64,000 nucleotides of DNA from Lepidodermella squamata (taxonomy: Eukaryota > Animalia > Gastrotricha), in NCBI GenBank assembly GCA_047495785.1, contig JBLDXI010000024.1, positions 1,860,001 to 1,924,000 of the forward strand, written 5' to 3'. A program made the position numbers and the translations under genes. Below are positions 35,923 through 50,466 of the stretch, in pieces (position 1 is the stretch's first letter; each line of letters begins with the position of its first letter). The notes beneath the pieces were generated by a model. It saw nothing but the letters and a program-made list of their open reading frames with translations. It did not search any database and had not been told where the DNA came from.

Positions 35923-38268
35923 TCAGGACGTCCACTCATCTTCATCATCATCCGAATCATCTTCGTCCGAAGCTAGAAAAAATATTAATTTTATTCAAAA
36001 TCAATGAAAATTCCTCCTTAAAACTTACAAGGTTGCAAAACGCCCTGTCTAGACTGAAGAGCGCGTCGCAATTGAGCTGCGAGATCATTGCTGTCTTCAG
36101 GCGAGTCGTGAACTTGTCGATTAGTTTCAGGCGGGCCGACTTTTTTGAGCCGTGTTGTCGCGGTACCGTCTTTAATCGCAGCCAGCATTGTATCCCGAGG
36201 GTCGCCGCCACTGAAAACGGCCGACTCACGCCTACTCGCCGGTTGCTCAAAACCGCCACTGCTGTTTTCGTCACTACTCGACGAGCGAATAGGCCTTAAG
36301 GTGGCTGATCCGCCGTGTTTGCGTATCGCGTCGAGAAGTTGATTTCGACCAGGGTCGGCCTTGACCGGGGCGGTTTTCGATAGCTGAGTAGGCATCGGGG
36401 GTGGAGGGGGCGGGCCGTTCGATGGCGGGATAGGAGGCGGCGGCGGGATAGACGCGCCGTTTCCATTCATTCGATGATTGCTCGGAGCCGTCATAATTTG
36501 CGGCGGCATCGAGGGAGGAGGCGGCGGAGGGGGAGGCGGTGGTCCGGCTGGTACCAGGGTGCCGTTTGACGGGGGCCGGGTTGGAGCATTGCCGGGTCGA
36601 GGCGGTAGTTGCGGCCGACCAGGCGCCGGCGTTTCTCTCGGAGGTAACTCAGGGGCAGGAGGAGGCTGATGCATCGGAATTTGAGGCCGGTGATGCCTAC
36701 CATTGCTTCCATTCTGCGACTGGTTATTACTACTACTAGGCGGACCTCGCATAGTCGCGATACCGCTGTTGATATTACTAAATTGGGCCTGCATTTGTTG
36801 AAGTTGTTGCCGCGAAGATTGCACCTGACTAGCCGCAGATTTCATCGAGTGAATAGGCGGTAGTTCCGGCTGAGTCAGAGGGGGCGGTGGTATCACCCCG
36901 ACACCGCCGTTTTGAGACATCTGCGTAGCTTGAGGTAACGAAGGCCGCCGCGACTGGCCAGTATTTCTCATATCAGCCAGAGGTCCGTAGTGCTGTTGCA
37001 CAGCAGCCATACCTCCTTTCGCTTTGATGAAATCAACAATAAAATTCTTATCCACATCGCGAATCTGCTGCAATCCTGCTCTTTTCAAGAGTTCTAACAC
37101 AGCTGGATCGTTGAACTAAGATAAAAAATCATTTTAGATAAATTAATATTTTTTTTCATTTTAATTACGTCAATGCCAGAATCTGCTCCGACGTGCGTTT
37201 CCACTTTGAAACTGCCGGCAATAGGGGCAGAAATTTCGAGTTTAGTGCCGTTTTTCTTCTTCTGCTTCTCTTTCTTCGCTTTCTTATCGGCTTTTGTCGG
37301 TTTTTTCAATGAACTTCTCACAATAGCATCGACTTCGTCCATTGTTAGCCTATGACTTAGTTCAGCGGCACCTCCTCGAACTTCGGTGGTTTCTAAACAC
37401 GATGAAAAATTACAAATTATCTGGGTGTAAAGAGCGCACTTTTCATATTTTATCCTAGTTATATCGAAAACTTGATTTTGAGTTTGAAATTTAACTAAAA
37501 TTGGTCGAACAAGCAAAATCGAGAAATTCTTTCATTTTTAAGGAGGATTTTTTAAATTACAATATTTATCGAAATCAACTTACGCAGATGTAAATCTGCA
37601 GCTAGATTTATAGTTTTTCCCTGTTTAACTTGAGGCGCAGTCATCGGCCTCGATATTTGAGTGTGTATTTGCTGCTGCTGTGGTTGCTGATGATTTTGTT
37701 GATGCTGCTGCTGCTGTTGCTGTTGGTCTTGCCGAGTGACCTGGCTATTCCGCTTATCAAGCTTCGCCTGAACAGCGTTTTTGAAATTCATCGCATCATC
37801 GTCATTTGCGAAACACAGCCCAGCGATGCATTCCTGCATTTCATATTCAGCAAAAGAAATAGGCTGTAATTGAGGCAAGGTCGTTGAAATATATCTTACA
37901 TGAGCTTCGAAAAAAATAAATGAGCCATGTCGAGTGAATGTTTCCAGCTCGTTATATATTTCTTGCTGCCATATCAATGTATTTCTCTATAAAATAGCAT
38001 AAAATCAATATATGTAACTAATTTATTTGAAATTCCTTACCTGTATGTCGTAGAGCCGAATATAAAATGAGTGCTTGTAGTAGTCTTTTATAAATCCGAC
38101 GACGCCCGTATATTTTTTCGTCCAATGCGGCCGATCCGATGGCTCGGCGAGATATAACTGAACTACGCCCGTCGCTAGCGTCACACACTGATCGCCTAAT
38201 AGGCGAAAGAGACGCGAGTGCTCTTCGTTCGTTAGCACCCGCGAGCAGACGTTAGTTTCTTTCGGCAT
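35923..38268 (-). CDS. WASL: WASP/N-WASP actin nucleation-promoting factor (multi-exon)
   Basis: WH1 domain, basic region, CRIB (ISAP..FK..THVG), poly-Pro, two WH2 motifs, C helix and acidic tail DEDDSDDDEDEWTS*. Confidence 0.9.
37665..37725 (-). repeat. CAG/CAA polyglutamine tract in WASP
   Basis: Encodes QDQQQQQQQHQQNHQQPQQQQ. Confidence 0.8.
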
Positions 38269-38386
38269 TCTACTCAAATACTTTCATAACAAAAATCTAC
38301 ATCTGCTGCAGATAACACAAAAAAATAATAATCAATATCACTATATAAGAAACCACAACAATTTATTTTTCTTTCGGCGGCGTGAT

Positions 38387-39664
38387 TTACTCGTGGCAGA
38401 ATTGAGCCAAGAAGAAATTCTTATCAGCGGCTGGCGGCTCAAGATTTAGCCGAGTCGTTGCCACTTTAAAAAACTTCCGACTATCTTTAACCGCCCGGCA
38501 GGCGTGTCGTAAAGCGTATAGACTGGACTCATCAGTAATTTGACTGATCGGGTCCTCGATTTTGAGCAGTTTTGAACCAAATCGCGCGGCACTTTTGGCA
38601 ACATGCGGATGCCAGTGGCGCTGTAAAGCGACCAATTCCCAAAGCGAGCTGTTTATGGCATTAGTAGCCAGTGGATCGGCACATTCGGAATTGAACGGGT
38701 CTGAATTACAATTGTCAGCAGAGGCGGCCGGCGATTTTTTATCGACTAATACTCGGCACGCTTCGTGACGCACCAGTGAGTTGTAAATAATGGACAATAA
38801 CACAAGCGCGATATCGGGAGTTGCAAATAGCGCAATTCTGGCTAAACGCTTCAGAAAGCTAGCCACTGTGCACTGTGATATGTGCGCCGACGATAATGCC
38901 AGGTCCAGTGCAGCCGCAAATGTGTCGCACACAGTTTTTTGAGCGAAATTCTCCGGACGAATCAACGCATATAGATCCGCGTAAAAATCCGGGTACTCAA
39001 AATTGTGAAACTGGATGAGCTTTACTGCGCCATGAAGTGCGTAAACAGCATTCGGTCCTTTGGATTTAATGCACTTCATGTAATAATCACCCAGTAAAAA
39101 TGGTCTCGGCATTTTACTGAGATAATCAACAGATAGCTTCAAAAACTTCCGCTGTGTTTTCTCATCCGTCAGTTTTTCCGTAACAGCCAGAACCAGCTTT
39201 TCAAACATGTTAAAATGCGACTTTCTAACTTTCGATGCATGATGTTGATGAGCAGGGAAACTTGACAAATAATTTGGAGTTGTTTCGTCCTCTTCTACAG
39301 CTTCGTCGTCTTTCATATCAGCTGACGGATCTTCCGGTTCGACTTCGACGTGGTCCAAGAAATTCAGAATATCCAATAATGAGATAGGGCTTTTGATGTC
39401 CGTTTGAAGCAGCTTATGCATCTCAACGAGCAAAAAGTACCGCACGTCATCGTTAAAGGATTGTTCCACCAATGTTATTAGACAATCGCGGTCGAAGTAA
39501 GGCGAAACAACGACTGAACTAACCAGTCGTTCGACGTCTTTTAACGAGCAATCGTCATCAGAAGACTCCATGTGACTGAAGAAACTAGAGAGTGCAGCAG
39601 ACAGCTCTTCGCTTGATTTGGAGGCGGCAGCCGCAACATCCGATAAGTGAGATTTGACACCCAT
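38387..39664 (-). CDS. NOC4L: Nucleolar complex protein 4 homolog (CBF/Mak21 domain), intronless
   Basis: NFEYPDFYADLY, LSSAHI...VASFLKRLAR, DPF...DP..TNAINSSLWEL..LQRHWHPHVA. Confidence 0.85.
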   Translation of the reverse strand: MGVKSHLSDVAAAASKSSEELSAALSSFFSHMESSDDDCSLKDVERLVSSVVVSPYFDRDCLITLVEQSFNDDVRYFLLVEMHKLLQTDIKSPISLLDILNFLDHVEVEPEDPSADMKDDEAVEEDETTPNYLSSFPAHQHHASKVRKSHFNMFEKLVLAVTEKLTDEKTQRKFLKLSVDYLSKMPRPFLLGDYYMKCIKSKGPNAVYALHGAVKLIQFHNFEYPDFYADLYALIRPENFAQKTVCDTFAAALDLALSSAHISQCTVASFLKRLARIALFATPDIALVLLSIIYNSLVRHEACRVLVDKKSPAASADNCNSDPFNSECADPLATNAINSSLWELVALQRHWHPHVAKSAARFGSKLLKIEDPISQITDESSLYALRHACRAVKDSRKFFKVATTRLNLEPPAADKNFFLAQFCHE

Positions 39665-40530
39665 ATATTCTAAAACGGCTTCAATGCGACTATCAACACA
39701 CGAATGTCAAACCGTATAAAGGCAAATTTAAGTAAATCGTCAATCAAATAAATAATTCGGTCACAAATCAGCTGCGGGGTTGATGAAAGTGTTTGATGGT
39801 TTAGGTTTTGGCAATATTCCCAGCCAGCAAAATGAATACCGTAGTAGAGCTCTTCGTAATTAGCAAATTTAATAGGAATATCAGCAGAAATATGCTGTCA
39901 TACAGCATACTGAAGCGTGCCGTCCTCCTTAAACACTACACAGGGCTATAAAGTACTACACCGAAAAGGTAGACAATTTATATTGGAGACCGAAGACTTT
40001 GAAACTTCTGAAAAATGATCATTTGGATGCTAATAACTCAAACAGAAGATAGGCCAATACATTATCAATGAGTATGGCAGCAATATAAATGAAGCATGAG
40101 AAAATCATTAATTTTGCGAAGATAAACTCAAACTTCCAACCTATAAGTAACACAAGACATTTAGTTAACGTGATACAACGTGATAATATACCTCAGCGGC
40201 ATTCATCTCAAGGAAAAAATCGCTCCAAAAGGACATAAACAGAAGAAAACTACCCCCACGGGTGATTTCATTGTACTTTAACCTTCTAGACGGGTAACAC
40301 CGGGTAGCAAGTACAGTGGATGCGGCTTATGGCTCATCATTTACGGCTTTGAGGCACTGAAAAGCTCGACCCAAACTTGACCTGATGATGCACACAACTC
40401 GACGTTTTTGAAAAAGGGGGCCAGAAATGCTAATTCATTTTGTTTTCACGTATAATTACAAAATAATACTGACTATTCAACATTAAAAATAAAAAATTAG
40501 GCCAGCAAAATTTTATAAAAATAATTGATT

Positions 40531-40596
40531 TTTGGCGGGAATTTTTAATGCGCCAAATCCAAGAAACGAAAGTTTTTTCTGCGGAAATCGCGCCAA
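40531..40596. promoter_or_regulatory. Cluster of E2F-like sites upstream of RPA2-MCM3
   Basis: TTTGGCGGGAA (40531-41), GCGCCAAA (40550-57) and CGCGCCAA (40589-96). Confidence 0.5.
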
Positions 40597-40844
40597 CTTG
40601 GCTTCGGAGTGATTCGAATATGTTTAACAAGAAAGTAATGTGCAATCGTAACGCTCCTCTTCGCACAACTTTCTCAAACAATCGATGTGGCATTCTGCTT
40701 CTCAAGCCTGTTATGATTATTAATAGAATATGAAGTTTGTGCCATTCATATCATTATAAAGAAGTGTAAATCTTGATCTTGGGTGCCTAGCGTCCTCGTG
40801 TTCGAATTTGTGTACTGTATAAAACTTCTAATAACTTGCCAAAT

Positions 40845-41005
40845 GTGCTCAGTTCAAACGTGGCGAGAAGTATCCCCAATGATCTACGGCTTGGGGACGA
40901 CCATCCATAATCATTGTCCTTTCCCACACTGAGCTTTACGATGAAACTCTTCGGAGTGTAAAGCCTTACGCAATCCGTGTAATATACCAGCTTCCTGTTT
41001 TTTTT
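40845..41005 (+). ncRNA. Candidate structured RNA of unknown class
   Basis: TATAAAA at 40818, several nested helices, a cUUCGg tetraloop (40949-54) and a T8 run at 40998-41005. Confidence 0.4.
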
Positions 41006-41034
41006 AGTTCTTCTTATCAGCCTGTTTCGATAAA

Positions 41035-41932
41035 ATGTTTGGAAGCAGCGGATTTCAAGGCATGAGTGGTGGATATGGCGGAGGTGGTTTTGGCTCGCCA
41101 TCAACCAAAGGAAATAAGCCAGGTGGCTTCCTGGGAAACAGTGGCTCCCCCTCGGTTGGTGGAGTAAGTATCAATCGCGATTTCTCTTCCTAGATATTTA
41201 TATGTTTTGTTTCAGGGCGAAAGCCAGAATCGTGTTAACAGCATTTTTACGGCATCCATTGCTCAGTTGCTCAAGTTGGTTGAACAAGACGGAAAAATGA
41301 TTCATCACGAGCGCGAAATCAGCCAGGTTCGAGTTGTCGGCGTTATTCGTGACTTCCGTACAGAGGGTTCTCGATACGTTTACACTCTACAAGACATGAC
41401 CGGTGATATCGAAGTGAACCAGTTTTTGGACTCTGACAATCCTATCGAGCTTCAGCAGATGGAAATCATTCGTGATGAAAATTGGGTCGTCGTTTTGGGT
41501 ACTCTGAAGAATTTCCAAGGCAAACGCTCCATCACTGCTTTTCGTGTGATGCAATTGCAAAACGCTAATGAGATCACCACTCACATGCTCGAGTGCATTG
41601 ACGCAAATTTGTACTTGCGTAAGCTCGAGAAAGAAGCTAAATGCGGCGTTACATCTGGTGTTGAATCTATGCAAATCGACAACAATCGTGGTGGAATCAG
41701 TAGCAGCGCAACAAGCACCTACGCAAACTCTGGCTTGACGCCTTTGCAGCAACAGCTGGTCATGAGCATAAGTGCTTGTCATGACGAACGCGGTTTAAGC
41801 ATCCACGACATGATTTCTACCCTCTCTGCTCAGTACAAGGAGCGGGATATTCGAGGGGCCGTTGATTTCTTGGTTCAAGAAGGTCACATCTATTCATCAG
41901 TTGACGATGAGCATTTCCTCACAACCAACTGA
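41035..41932 (+). CDS. RPA2: Replication protein A 32 kDa subunit (2 exons)
   Basis: Gly-rich N-terminus, OB fold (VRVVGVI, QDMTGDIEV, NEITTHMLE) and C-terminal winged helix LVQEGHIYSSVDDEHF. Confidence 0.92.
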
Positions 41933-42084
41933 TAACATCGTGATTCTTCAACTTTGATCTTGGACAGTGGCATTCTTTTCGATATTTCATTTTCCCGATG
42001 ATCGCTCGTTATTCTGAAATCTTACGTTAAATAAATTTGATGTAGTTCTCATAGATTTTATACGATCAAATTTTACTACCCAAA

Positions 42085-46027
<3,943 letters not shown>

Positions 46028-46270
46028 AAACGAACTAACGAACTGACTGTCAAGAATCTCCAATTACTGTTTCATTTGAAATTTTTCTCGTCTCATTTTA
46101 GTCTCGTCTTATTAATACCGGTTATACTACCAGCTCAATGCATGCCAAATGGATTTTTTCTTTCAAAATTATGCCCACAGAACAAATAAAACGCGTATAA
46201 AAGTTTCTTCCAAGCTAATTGAAAAACCGATAGAAACACTGGAACGCTGAAAATAACATTATACGATATA

Positions 46271-46699
46271 CCGTCAACTGGGGTGACTTCGGGCATCGGG
46301 GTCACTTCGACGTACCAAAATGGGGTGACTTTGGCGTACCAAAAATCAAAGATGGTAAGGTAAATACCCCGCGAGTGGGGTACCGTTGGATAGCCCAACG
46401 AAAGGCCAACATGGATGTGTACAATGCACATCAATGCAACCCACCTAAGAACATATAATAGCAGGTGAAGTTTTGGGAAAATTCATTTTTTTATTAAAAC
46501 TTTGGTGACTGCCCAACTTAAGTCGTCTGATCAAAATTGAAATCGTATGCCCTTTTCAGACTGTACTTCCTCCAGGCTATCCAACGGTACCCCACTCGCG
46601 GGGTATTTACCTTACCATCTTTGATTTTTGGTACGCCAAAGTCACCCCATTTTGGTACGTCGAAGTGACCCCGATGCCCGAAGTCACCCCAGTTGACGG
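46271..46699. mobile_element. Young MITE with 125-bp TIRs, CCGT termini and TA duplication
   Basis: 46271-46395 is the apparently perfect reverse complement of 46575-46699. TA at 46269-70 and 46700-01. Confidence 0.92.
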
Positions 46700-47110
46700 T
46701 AGCTAAGTTTCCTGAAATACATTTAAGCTAACTGCATCTTAAACACTTCACAAATAGCTTGGGAAAATGAAGCCGGATGAAAAATTACGATTAAGGATTT
46801 CCGTCCTTGGCGTTCACGCAGCCAGAAATAATCTCTTTGTCTAAAGGAGCAGAGATTATTTTGGGAACTTAATATGCAGATATTCTTAGCAAAGATCGGG
46901 AAATGAAAGGCTTCCAAGAAAGAGTAAATAGACGATTTAGCTTCAATCTAGCTTCATGCGATGAAACAATCCCAGAAGTTGGCGATACCATGGAGAGTCC
47001 TTTAATTTTGCTTCACCCTGCGCAATAACATTTAGGCATTAACTAATTGATAACAAAACATTATTTTATTGGAACAGAACAAAATGAAAAAAGAGCGAAT
47101 TCATTCGCAT

Positions 47111-47944
47111 TCAATGTTTTCTCGACATGACTTGCTTCAAAACACGAGCCACTTCAATCCTGTTCTTCGCCTCGGCTCGTTGCAGAGACGTGCGGCCGTA
47201 CTGGTCTTGAGCTTCCACGCTAGCGCCGAATTTCAGTAAAAGCTGAACCATTTCCAGGTCGCCTCTTGACGCCGCTATGTGCAAGGCGGTACTGGCCTCT
47301 GTTGAACCTTGATCGACGGGAACACCAGCATTGAGCAATTCACGCAAGATATCACTGTTTCCCCTAGACGCGGCTTGCGCTATTGCCGAGCAGCCACGTA
47401 GTCCGCTAGCCTTAACGTTTACGCCTAGTTTTAGCAAAGATCGAACCTTGGAGAGTGAGCTCTCTCTAATGGCAGAATAAAGTGCAAGGGGGCGGCCTAC
47501 AATAAGAGGAGTATTCACGTCAGCGCCATATCTCACCAGCAATCGCATCATAGCTTCCCCACGCTCCATCGCGTAATACATAGGCAAGTCATGCACGCCA
47601 TAAAACTTCATCAGCCGGCCGCAACGATTCGGGTTGGCGCCCCATTCTAACAAGACTTCAACTGCGTCGTCACTGTTGTATTGTAGGGCACGGCAGAGTG
47701 GCCCCTGAAGTTCTCTGGCCGTGTTGACATCTGCTCCTCCACAGGCTATAAGCTGTTCGATGAAATCACGTGACAAACGCGATGATGCAGATATAAGGCA
47801 CTCGTTTTCATCATATGCGCGTGGGAAAGGCGAATTTGGTGAAGCTTCGCAGAAGTTGCAAACTCCGCCCAAATCAAAGTGAAAGAGCACCTGCTCGTAG
47901 ATGGAACCGCTCTGTCGAAAAAGTGCACAGCTTTTATAACTCAT
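47111..47944 (-). CDS. Ankyrin-repeat ORF (separate gene or distal part of the upstream ankyrin gene)
   Basis: Repeats such as GADVN, GANPN and TALHIAASRGDLEMVQLLLKFGASV. No clean in-frame splice to 48067-49260 was found. Confidence 0.75.
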   Translation of the reverse strand: MSYKSCALFRQSGSIYEQVLFHFDLGGVCNFCEASPNSPFPRAYDENECLISASSRLSRDFIEQLIACGGADVNTARELQGPLCRALQYNSDDAVEVLLEWGANPNRCGRLMKFYGVHDLPMYYAMERGEAMMRLLVRYGADVNTPLIVGRPLALYSAIRESSLSKVRSLLKLGVNVKASGLRGCSAIAQAASRGNSDILRELLNAGVPVDQGSTEASTALHIAASRGDLEMVQLLLKFGASVEAQDQYGRTSLQRAEAKNRIEVARVLKQVMSRKH

Positions 47945-48066
47945 ATTTACAAGTAGATTAAGTCATGATTAAGCTTGTATTTTCTAGCAACAATTGGTGC
48001 CGTTGGGGAATGAAAAAGTAATGGGGCAAAGGATGCTTCGAGCGTCAGCTGGCTTGTTGCCTATTT

Positions 48067-49260
48067 TTAGGCATAATAATTAGTGTTGAAACATACATCT
48101 TTTGAGGACGTCAACTGTTTCTGTCCACGGCGAGCGCCATTCGCTATCAGAAACTTGGCAATCTTGTCCCAACGTGTCGCCATCGCAAGATCTAACGATG
48201 TTCTTCCTTTTTCATCAATCATGTTGACATCAAACCCAGGTTTTGATAGCAGAGTTTTGCACACTTCCAAGTTACCAAAACGGACTGCTATATGGAGTAG
48301 CGTTGTAGTGCCATTTTCCGCCTGAATTTGCGCCGCTTTGTCGATCAATAGAAGAGTAAGCTCGTGATAGCGATCCCTCATTGCTTCCGCTAACAAATCC
48401 AAGGTAATGTTTTCAGACAAAGCTTCACGGTCGAGTAAATATTGAACGCAGGCGATATTGTTGTTTGAAACGCAGCTTTTCAAGTCACGCCCTGTCAAAG
48501 AGGCGCCACGGCTTGATAGTAGCTCCACGATATCTGACCTTCCGCTATGAAGTGCAGAAGCAATGGCTTGTAACCCTGTGTTATCTGTGGCATTAGCTTT
48601 CGCACCGGCGTCTAGAAAAAGCTCGACTGCGGCTCTGTCGCCAGCAACAACTGCGTCGATCAATGTTTTGTCGAGATTCATAAACGCGATTTTAGCGATC
48701 AGCGTTCTCAGCATGTCAATATTTCCAGCTATGATATCAAACTCCATGCTCTCAATTTTAACATTGGTTCTGCTTAGCAGCATCTCGATTGTGGCAACGT
48801 TTGATCTACGGATTGCTTCTTTCAGCATGTATTTGGTGTTCGAGTCATACGTTGGGCTCATTAAGAGGTTTGCTGGGAAGCCATCTAGAAGCACTTTAAC
48901 TACAGATGCAGAGGCGTTGTTGCAAACAGCCCACTGTAGTGCGTCAACGAATACGACGCAATCGCCGAAGTCAGTCAAAATAGATTCTTCCAATCTTAAG
49001 ACATCCGTTGCATCGTTGCTAAGCAATTCGCTGATTTGTCTTATGTCTTCGAATAAGACAGCTTTAAACAGAAGCCGTTTGAGTATTTCCTTTCAAAGGA
49101 AAGAAAATAAAAAGATGGGTCTAATTATTAACGCAAATTCATGACATGAAAAAATACTCACTGGATCTTTAATTGTAGAAATTGGCATCGAATACTGCAT
49201 GTCGTTACTGTTGCAATGCGCCAGAGCAACCATGAAAAATAGACAAGTAAAAACCTGCAT
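48067..49260 (-). CDS. Ankyrin-repeat protein with predicted N-terminal signal peptide (exon 1 49260-49162, intron 49161-49090)
   Basis: MQVFTCLFFMVALAHC|NSND..KDP splices in phase 0 to EILKRLLF...LLSNDA and then multiple ankyrin repeats. The 3' end is uncertain. Confidence 0.65.
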
Positions 49261-50466
49261 TACAACAATGTCTCTATGGAAAAATTAATCGGACGATAAT
49301 TTATTGTTAATCTTGATACCGTAAAGCGTGAGGTGGCTTTGGACAGGTTAACCTGAGGATTAAACTGATTTGCAGAGGATTAACTTTTCAGGGTTGAATG
49401 CTTGAAACATGGGGCTTTTTAGAAAATTTTACAGTTGTTAGAACTTGGATACAGTTGGTTTTGGACCGATTGCTACAAATTTGGCCCAATGACAAATACA
49501 GCTGTGTTCGTGTGAGAGTCTGCATAACAGTCACCTTGTTAGAGTCATAATATCATTGATTACATCCATATTAACCACTAAGTAAATGCAAACTGGCGTT
49601 TTGGACGTCAAGGACGTCAAGGCCTGTCACAACCATGATTTCGGCGTCATTTTTCAGGAAAGTTTATGATTGTGCTGATTCACGGCCCAGACCCACATCA
49701 GGAAAGAATAAAGGCACCTATTCGATGTGTGACCCGACCCAACCCCCGCACTGACAAGTCGCCTCGTCGCCGATTTCCGTAAAAACTTTTTTTCTCCACA
49801 ATGTTGTTCGACGGGCACGCTATTTTAGGAAAATACCAAAGCAGCAACCTTAACTTTTTGAATCGAAAACTGGCCTTCGTTTCTCATCGATTGGCTTTAC
49901 TAGCCGATCGATTATAAGGCTAACGATTTTCGCCGCGACTATCTCGGCATTCTCTGATATTATGACTACTGCATTTCTGAGTACGGTCACATGGTAAGGG
50001 CAGTTGGATAACCTGGAGGAAGGGTAGTCTGGAAATGGCAAATATGATTTTGATCTTTATTAGGCGGCTTCTAGGAGTACTTTGAGCAGTCTCAGAAATT
50101 TCTAATGTCAGCCAATGCTTTTTACAAATACACCTCCTGGCGCTCTTCTCACTCTGATCGAGCTTTCCCCGATTTCTACCCCAGACTGCAGGATGTGTTT
50201 TGAGCGCTTCGGCCAGATGACACGGCTAATCAGCTGGAATAAGTCTCCTAGATGGCTTTGGAGTATAACTTGACATATTCAGGCTAAAAGTAGACATGTT
50301 CAGCCTATGGAACCTCCACTTTCGCATGCACAAGTTTCTCCAAAATTAAATTTGTTTGAAGTTCACTATGCAAAAATCTCGCTTTTACTATTCAAAAAAT
50401 ATTCGAAATCAGGAGTTTACAAATCATGAGGGAAATCGATATCGGAATGTTATATGTTTACAATGT

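Noticed and set aside
39800-40430. Possible retroelement remnant (similar case at 49500-50330)
   Set aside because: No diagnostic motif could be read.
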